From an uncultured delta proteobacterium (GTDB taxonomy: Bacteria; Myxococcota_A; Polyangia; Fen-1088), in contig CAVTRY010000016.1 in NCBI GenBank assembly GCA_963737265.1, positions 32,001 to 96,000 on the forward strand: DNA of 64,000 bases, given 5' to 3'. A model generated the notes under the pieces. The model was not told where the DNA came from and made no database searches. It saw only the letters and a program-made list of their open reading frames with translations. The stretch's first letter is position 1. Every line of letters starts with the position of its first letter. The translations under genes were made by a program, and so were the position numbers. Below, piece after piece: positions 58,238 through 64,000 of this stretch.

Positions 58238-59755
58238 ATGGAGACGGTGGAAACGGAACAACGACTGGCGGGCGAAAGGGGAAATCTCGAGCGACTGGTC
58301 GGCGAGGTCGGACGGGGCGGCCGTGCCCTCGTTGGCGAGGCCACCCGTGCTCTGGTCAGGCGCTTCGGTGATCGGGGGTCGTTCGTTCTGGTCGACGACC
58401 GCGCCCGCGTCGTGCTGTCGACGGACGCGCCCAGCCTGAGTGACCTGCGCATCGATCTCGCTCGTTATCCGGAGATCACCGCGTCCCTCGAGAGCCACGA
58501 GATCGTGTGCATCGAGGATGTGCGACGATCGACCACGCTGGAGCCGGTCGCGAATCTCCTGCCGAATCACCTGGGCGCTGTGGTGGTGATTCCGCTGGTG
58601 GCCGGGCCACGCTGTCTGGGCGTCATCGTGGTTCGGTCGGAGCGGCCGCGCGAAGTCCTTCAGACTGACGTTGTGGCGGCGCGTTTCGAGGGTCGACTGC
58701 TGGCGACTTTGCTCGAGCTCCAATTCGGAAACGACCTCAGCAACGAGCTAAAGCTGGTGCCCGGGGCGCCAGTGGGCCTCGTCCCGCTGGCCACCCGGCC
58801 TGCGCCGCTGCCGATCGGCAAAAGGCGGCGAATTGTCGTGGCCGAGGACGACCTCGACCAGGGAGCAACGATCGAAGACCTTCTGATCGCCGAAGGCTTC
58901 GATGTGGTGCTGACCCAGAACGGCGAGGAGCTCCTGCAGGAGGTTCAGCGCGCCCCACCTGATCTCATCCTGCTCGACGGACACATGCCGGTTCTCAACG
59001 GCTTCCACGCCGCCGAAAGCCTTCACGCCGATCCCCGAACCTCCAGTGTTCCCATCCTCTTCCTCTCGGCGGCCGAAGACCTGCTGTTCCGCCTCCGGGA
59101 GCTGAAACCCGACACGATCGATTTCTTGCGGAAGCCGTACGCTCCCGCAGAGCTGCTGGAGCGTATCGAACGAGCCCTGAACCGGGGGCTGGTGTACGAA
59201 GAGCTGCGCGCGGAGGCGGAAGTCGATGCCCTGACGGGGCTCAGCAACGCGCGCGCGCTGCTCAGAAGCCTGACCGTCGAGCAGTCCCGCATCTCGAGGT
59301 ACGGTGCCACGTCAGTCGTCGTCATGATGGACGTCGACAAGCTCAAGACCATCAATGATCGCCATGGGCACGTCGTGGGGAGCCGGATCCTCCAGGCCAT
59401 CGGAGCGCTGCTGCGCGGGATGATTCGCGAGACTGATCTCGCGGCCCGCTATGGGGGCGACGAATTCGTGGTCATCCTCGCGCACTCGAGCACCGCTGAA
59501 GGGTGCGCGTTCGCCGAGCGCTTCCTCGGCCAGATCCGTCAGCTCTGGCCGGAGGGGATCGATGTCTCCATGAGCATCGGGATCGCTTCCCTGGGGGGAT
59601 CGGACGATCAATCGAGCGACGTGCTCCTCGCCAACGCGGACGCGGCGGCCTATCGGGCCAAACGACTGGGTGGGAACCGCGCCTGCGTCTTCGACAGCGA
59701 GCTCGACGTGATGATGCCGCTCGGCCGCCAGCAGGGTGCGGAAGGTGCCGCTTGA
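58238..59755 (+). CDS. GAF-REC-GGDEF diguanylate cyclase
   Basis: DALTGL.N, DVD.LK.IND.HGH, RETD I-site, RYGGDEF, AD.A.Y.AK..G.N motifs. Confidence 0.93.
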   Translation: METVETEQRLAGERGNLERLVGEVGRGGRALVGEATRALVRRFGDRGSFVLVDDRARVVLSTDAPSLSDLRIDLARYPEITASLESHEIVCIEDVRRSTTLEPVANLLPNHLGAVVVIPLVAGPRCLGVIVVRSERPREVLQTDVVAARFEGRLLATLLELQFGNDLSNELKLVPGAPVGLVPLATRPAPLPIGKRRRIVVAEDDLDQGATIEDLLIAEGFDVVLTQNGEELLQEVQRAPPDLILLDGHMPVLNGFHAAESLHADPRTSSVPILFLSAAEDLLFRLRELKPDTIDFLRKPYAPAELLERIERALNRGLVYEELRAEAEVDALTGLSNARALLRSLTVEQSRISRYGATSVVVMMDVDKLKTINDRHGHVVGSRILQAIGALLRGMIRETDLAARYGGDEFVVILAHSSTAEGCAFAERFLGQIRQLWPEGIDVSMSIGIASLGGSDDQSSDVLLANADAAAYRAKRLGGNRACVFDSELDVMMPLGRQQGAEGAA

Positions 59756-59826
59756 TGCACGGAGGCCGACAGCACTGAGGACAATCGGCGCACGCGGGGC
59801 GAGATTCCGCTTAGATTCGGAGCGGC

Positions 59827-61354
59827 GTGAACGATCCAGAGGTGGTGGTGATTGGCTCTGGGCCAAACGGTCTCTGTGCCGCCAACAGCATGGCCCGCCG
59901 GGGCTTTCGGGTGCTGGTGCTCGAAGCGAACCCGCGCCGGGCCGGCGGCGCGCTCGGAACCGAGGAGCTGACGCTGCCCGGGTTCCGGCACGATGTCGGG
60001 GCGGGATTCTTTCCGTTCGCCGCCAGCAGCCCGGCCTTCATCGAGCTGGATCTGCCGGGTGTCGGCGTCGACTGGCGCCGCGCCACCTACGAGAGCTGCC
60101 ATCCCGCGCTCGACGGCAGCGTGGCTGTCATTGGCCGCGCCGACGCGACCGGGACGGCGCCGTTCGGCAGTCCGCGCGACGCCCGGGCGTTCGCGGATTC
60201 TGGCGCGCTTTCACGCCGGCATCGAACGCGAGCTGCTGGCGGTGCTCCTGGGCCCGTTTCCGTCGCTCCGGCCCCTGCTGCGCCTGGGCCTCGGCAACTT
60301 GTTGAAGGTCGCGCGCCTGCTCGCTGGCAGCCCGCGCCGGCTGGCGTGTCGCCTGTTCGAGAGCGAGGCGGCGCGGCGCGTGTTGCCCGGCCTTGGGATG
60401 CACGTCGACGTCGGGCCCGACGACACGCTGGGCGCGGCACTCGGCTACGTGCTCGCCCTGACCGCGACCACCGGGGGCTTCGCCGTCCCCGCCGGAGGCG
60501 CGCAGCGGGTGGTCGAGGCGATGACGGCGCGACTCGCCGAGCGCGGCGGTACGGTGCGCCTCGGCGCGCGCGTGGCCCGGATCATCGTTCGCGGCAGGCG
60601 CGCGTGCGCTGTCCAGCTCGACGACGGCACCGAGATCGCGGCGCCGCGGGCGATCCTGGCGGACACCTCGGCGGCGGCGCTGCTGCTGTCCATGCTGGAC
60701 CCGCGCGACGTGCCGTCATGGGTGCGCGCGTTCATGTCCCGGTTTCCGCAGGGGTGGGGCACCTTCAAGGTCGACTGGGCGCTCTCGGGTGCGGTTCCCT
60801 GGCAGGTCGAGGCCGCCAGCGGCAGCGCGGTGGTGCATGCGGGCGAGAGCCTCGACGATCTGGCGCGGTTCACCCGCGAAGTCCGGGCGGGCCGTCTCCC
60901 GGAGCGGCCCTATCTGGTGATCGGTCAGCAAGCGCTCGCGGATCCGAGCCGCGCGCCGCCGGGGAAACAGACACTCTACACGTATACGCACGTGCCCTCG
61001 GTCGTCGAGGAGGGCTGGGCCAACGCGCGCGAGCGGTTCGCCGACGCAATCGAGCGGCGCATCGAGGAGCTGGCGCCGGGATTTCGCGCCCGGATTCTGG
61101 GACGGCATCTGACGGCACCACCGGAGCTCGAAGCCGGCAACGCCAACCTGGTGGGTGGGGACCTCGGCGGCGGTTCGAATGCCTGGCACAGGCAGCTGCT
61201 GTTTCGACCGCTGTTTCCTTACTTTCGCTACCGCATGCCGGTCGCGGGCCTCTACCTCTGCTCGAGCTATGCGCACCCGGGCGCAGGCGTTCACGGGATG
61301 TGTGGCGCCAACGCGGCGGACATCGCGGCGCGCGATGCGGAACGCCGCCGCTAG
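59827..61354 (+). pseudogene. Phytoene-dehydrogenase-family FAD oxidoreductase with a +1 frameshift
   Basis: VVIGSGPNGL N-terminus in one frame; N.NL.GGDL.GG and LYLCSS..HPG.GVHGM.G..AA C-terminus in another. Removing one T at 60198-60199 gives FADLARFH. Confidence 0.85.
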
Positions 61355-61417
61355 GCTGCACCGCGGCCTGAACCGGCGATGACCGCCGCCGAGCGCAGCT
61401 GGCGGAGATCGATCGGG

Positions 61418-63154
61418 CTAGGAAGAGGCCGTGGCCGAGCGGTCGGCGAGGCCCTCCGGATGTTCCGTCACGCTGGGCTCGCTCGCTTGGAACGGGCGCG
61501 AGTCTGAAGGCAGGTCGATGATGAAGGTCGTGCCCGCTTCTTCGCTGCTCTCGCCGATGCTGACCCGGCCGCCGTGCGCCTCGGCGCACGCCCGAACCAA
61601 CGCCAGCCCCAGCCCCCATCCTGTTCCGGACCCTTCTCGAAGCCTCGAATAGAGGTCGAAGAGGCGACCCCACTTTTCGGGCGGGATTGGGTCCCCGTAG
61701 TTGTGAACGGACGCTCGGACGCCGTCCGGGGTTCGCTCGATCCGGGTGGTGATGGGGCGGTCCGACGCGCCATACTTCACCGCGTTCGTGCCGAGATTCC
61801 ACAACGCCCGGTGGAGCTCCTGGCGGCTCCAGATCCCGACAGCCTCGTCGCTCTTTGCCAGCTGGAACCGGTCGCCGTGGGTGGCGGAGAGCTCTTCGAT
61901 GACCTCCTGCGCGACGGCGCCCAGATCGCAGCGGTCGAGCCGGAGTGGGAGGCGCTGTCCCCCGCGGACGCGGCTGACGTCGAGGAGATCGTGGATCATC
62001 CGATCCATGCGATCCAGGCTGCGCTCGATCCGGCCGGCGAGGCTTCGTTTCTCATCGAGCGGATCCGCCCGGCGGATCAGCAGCGCGGAGCTCATCTTGG
62101 CGGTGGAGAGAGGGCCGCGAAGATCGTGCGCCAAGATGGATACGAATCGCTCCCGCAGCTCGCGCTCGATTCCGAGCTCCTCGACCTGCTGCCGAAGATC
62201 GGTATAGAGCTTGGCGTTGTCGAGGTGAAGGGTCAGCCGGTCGCCCAGCGCCTGCAGTCGCCTCAACTCCCGCGTGGTCAAGGAGCGATCGTCGTGGAGC
62301 CCGATGTACAGAACGCCGAACAACGTGTGATGCGGCGGAAGCCGGATGGCTTGCAGCGATTGGATGCCGTGTTGCCGAAGCGAGTCGGTCAGCGTCAGCT
62401 TGATCGCCTCGGCCTCCGCGTCGTTCGTCCGCTCTGCCCACAGCTCCATCGAGGTCGCGAGCCGCTCGACTTCTTCGCTGGCGACCCCCGCGGAGGCCGC
62501 GGCGATGAGACGCTCCGTCTGCGGCTCGTACAAGACGAGGGCGGCACTCCGCGCGCCCATGGCCTCCAGGATCAATACCAGCAATTCCTCGAGACGCGCT
62601 TTGATGGGCGCTTCGGGTGCGCGGAGCGCCTCGTCGGCGACGGTCTGAAGCAGGCGCATGTATCGCTTCTCGTGATCACTCTCGGCCAGATCGACCGTGC
62701 GCGAACCCACTTGGCTCTCCAATGCCTGGCTGTATTTGTCGAGATAGTCGCCGTACGCCTTGAGCCGCAACAGGTTCCTGACCCGCATAGACAGCTCGGC
62801 GCGATTCACCGGTTTGGTCAGAAAGTCCTCGGCGCCTGCTGCCAGCCCGTGCATCATGGCGTCGCGATCGTGGAGCGCGGTCACCATGATGATCGGGATC
62901 TGCTTGGTGGCGGGGTTGCCTTTGATCTTTTCCGCCACCTGGTAGCCGTCCATACCGGGCATCATGACGTCGAGCAGGATGAGGTCTGGCGGTTGCAGGG
63001 CCACCATGCCGATGGCCTCCTCGCCGCTCGCGGCCATGAGGAGGACAAAGCCCTCCGGCCCGAGCATGACCTCCAGCAGCTCTCTGTTGTGCCGCTCGTC
63101 GTCGACGATCAGGATGCACGCTGGGCGGTCGGCGATGTCGGCCATCGGGTTCAT
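61418..63154 (-). CDS. Hybrid kinase REC-GAF-HisKA-HATPase
   Basis: ILIVDDE...LLDVMMP; LAHDLRGPL; NL.TNAVKY; GWGLGL. Confidence 0.92.
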   Translation of the reverse strand: MNPMADIADRPACILIVDDERHNRELLEVMLGPEGFVLLMAASGEEAIGMVALQPPDLILLDVMMPGMDGYQVAEKIKGNPATKQIPIIMVTALHDRDAMMHGLAAGAEDFLTKPVNRAELSMRVRNLLRLKAYGDYLDKYSQALESQVGSRTVDLAESDHEKRYMRLLQTVADEALRAPEAPIKARLEELLVLILEAMGARSAALVLYEPQTERLIAAASAGVASEEVERLATSMELWAERTNDAEAEAIKLTLTDSLRQHGIQSLQAIRLPPHHTLFGVLYIGLHDDRSLTTRELRRLQALGDRLTLHLDNAKLYTDLRQQVEELGIERELRERFVSILAHDLRGPLSTAKMSSALLIRRADPLDEKRSLAGRIERSLDRMDRMIHDLLDVSRVRGGQRLPLRLDRCDLGAVAQEVIEELSATHGDRFQLAKSDEAVGIWSRQELHRALWNLGTNAVKYGASDRPITTRIERTPDGVRASVHNYGDPIPPEKWGRLFDLYSRLREGSGTGWGLGLALVRACAEAHGGRVSIGESSEEAGTTFIIDLPSDSRPFQASEPSVTEHPEGLADRSATASS

Positions 63155-63519
63155 GCCCGGACCAACTGAGCCGCGACGGTCGTCAGAAAGTCCTGGTAGC
63201 GCATCGGCTTGGCGATGTAGCCATCACAACCGGCGGTTCGAATGCGCGCTTCGTCGCCCTTCATCGCCAGGGCGGTCAGCGCGATCACCGGAATGTCGCG
63301 CGTCGCCGGGTCCCCCTTGAGCAGCACGGTGGCCTGGAGGCCGTCCATGCCCGGAAGCTGAATGTCCATCAAGATGAGCTCGGGTTGCTCTTGGCGCGCC
63401 AGCGCCAGCCCCGCCTCGGCATCCGTCGCGCTGAGCACGGAATGCCCCGCCGATTTCAGCAGAAATGTCGCCAACGTCATGTTGGTGGCGTTGTCCTCGA
63501 CGATCAGGACTTTGGCCAT
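63151..63519 (-). CDS. Single-domain response regulator (DivK-like)
   Basis: VEDN..N, MDIQLPGMDGL and TA.AMKGDE....AGCDGYIAKP motifs. Confidence 0.93.
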   Translation of the reverse strand: MAKVLIVEDNATNMTLATFLLKSAGHSVLSATDAEAGLALARQEQPELILMDIQLPGMDGLQATVLLKGDPATRDIPVIALTALAMKGDEARIRTAGCDGYIAKPMRYQDFLTTVAAQLVRA

Positions 63520-63520
63520 G

Positions 63521-64000
63521 TCAGCCGATCAACTGGCGACGCGACATGGCCCGCCGCACTTCGGCGGCGATGCGGTCGCTGTGGAACTCGGCCTTCTCCA
63601 CGATGGTCGTTACGTAGCCATTGAGCCGGGTGCGGTCTTCGGCCGTGACCTGTTTGGCGGTGACCACCATGATCGGAATGCGGGCCGTATCGGGCTGTCG
63701 GTTGAGCGCCTCGACCACGTCGAAGCCGCTCACCTCCGGCATCATCAGGTCGAGCACGATCAAGTCCGGGAGCTCCCGGCGCGCGGTATCGATGGCCTCC
63801 CGGCCGCCAAAAGCGCGCAGCACCGTGCTTCCCAAGGTCGGCAGGTAGGCGGCAATCAGCTCCACCGCCTTGGGATCGTCGTCGACCACCAGGACTTTGA
63901 GCGTCTGACCCTGCGCGACGGGGACCAGGCCGAGCTCCCGGAGCGACTCGTAGAGCTCCTGGCGTGAAATCGGCTTCTGCATGACCGCCGCGGCGCCGAA
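63521..64000 (-). CDS. C-terminal REC domain(s) of a probable hybrid kinase (5' end outside window)
   Basis: QKP.SR end of one REC, then VLVVDDD...LDLMMP REC; the frame runs to the window edge. Confidence 0.85.
   Translation of the reverse strand, partial: FGAAAVMQKPISRQELYESLRELGLVPVAQGQTLKVLVVDDDPKAVELIAAYLPTLGSTVLRAFGGREAIDTARRELPDLIVLDLMMPEVSGFDVVEALNRQPDTARIPIMVVTAKQVTAEDRTRLNGYVTTIVEKAEFHSDRIAAEVRRAMSRRQLIG

Noticed and set aside
59827-61354. FAD oxidoreductase as the missing monooxygenase reductase
   Set aside because: It is phytoene-dehydrogenase-like, lacks 2Fe-2S and FNR-type motifs, and lies 20 kb away.

Overview
This is a high-GC bacterial window. Gene content and style (TonB-lipoprotein cluster, very many cytosolic kinases, sigma-54 activators) suggest a Myxococcota/Polyangia-like organism; that assignment is inference. 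The left part (1-27 kb) is a mixed accessory region: a TonB-dependent uptake cluster, an RND pump without an outer-membrane factor, a BON protein, a porin plus MFS pair, a Gly-Gly peptide plus C39 peptidase pair, a beta-carbonic anhydrase, a GST, a hybrid kinase, a KimA/YdaO-like transporter and an NCS2-like permease. The right part (27-64 kb) looks like a low-oxygen/stress signalling island: hemN, YceI, three CBS proteins, an orphan PTS enzyme I, a cytochrome c peroxidase, WS/DGAT plus a hydrolase, about 12 cytosolic two-component/c-di-GMP genes and several sigma-54 promoter motifs. The most striking element is a toluene-4-monooxygenase-like cluster (tmoABCDE, 35976-39246). It has no reductase gene (tmoF) and overlaps a histidine kinase gene at each end, making it a candidate di-iron-monooxygenase-coupled signalling system. 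I saw no rRNA, tRNA, CRISPR array or transposase. All family calls come from motif recognition by eye, without database searches.
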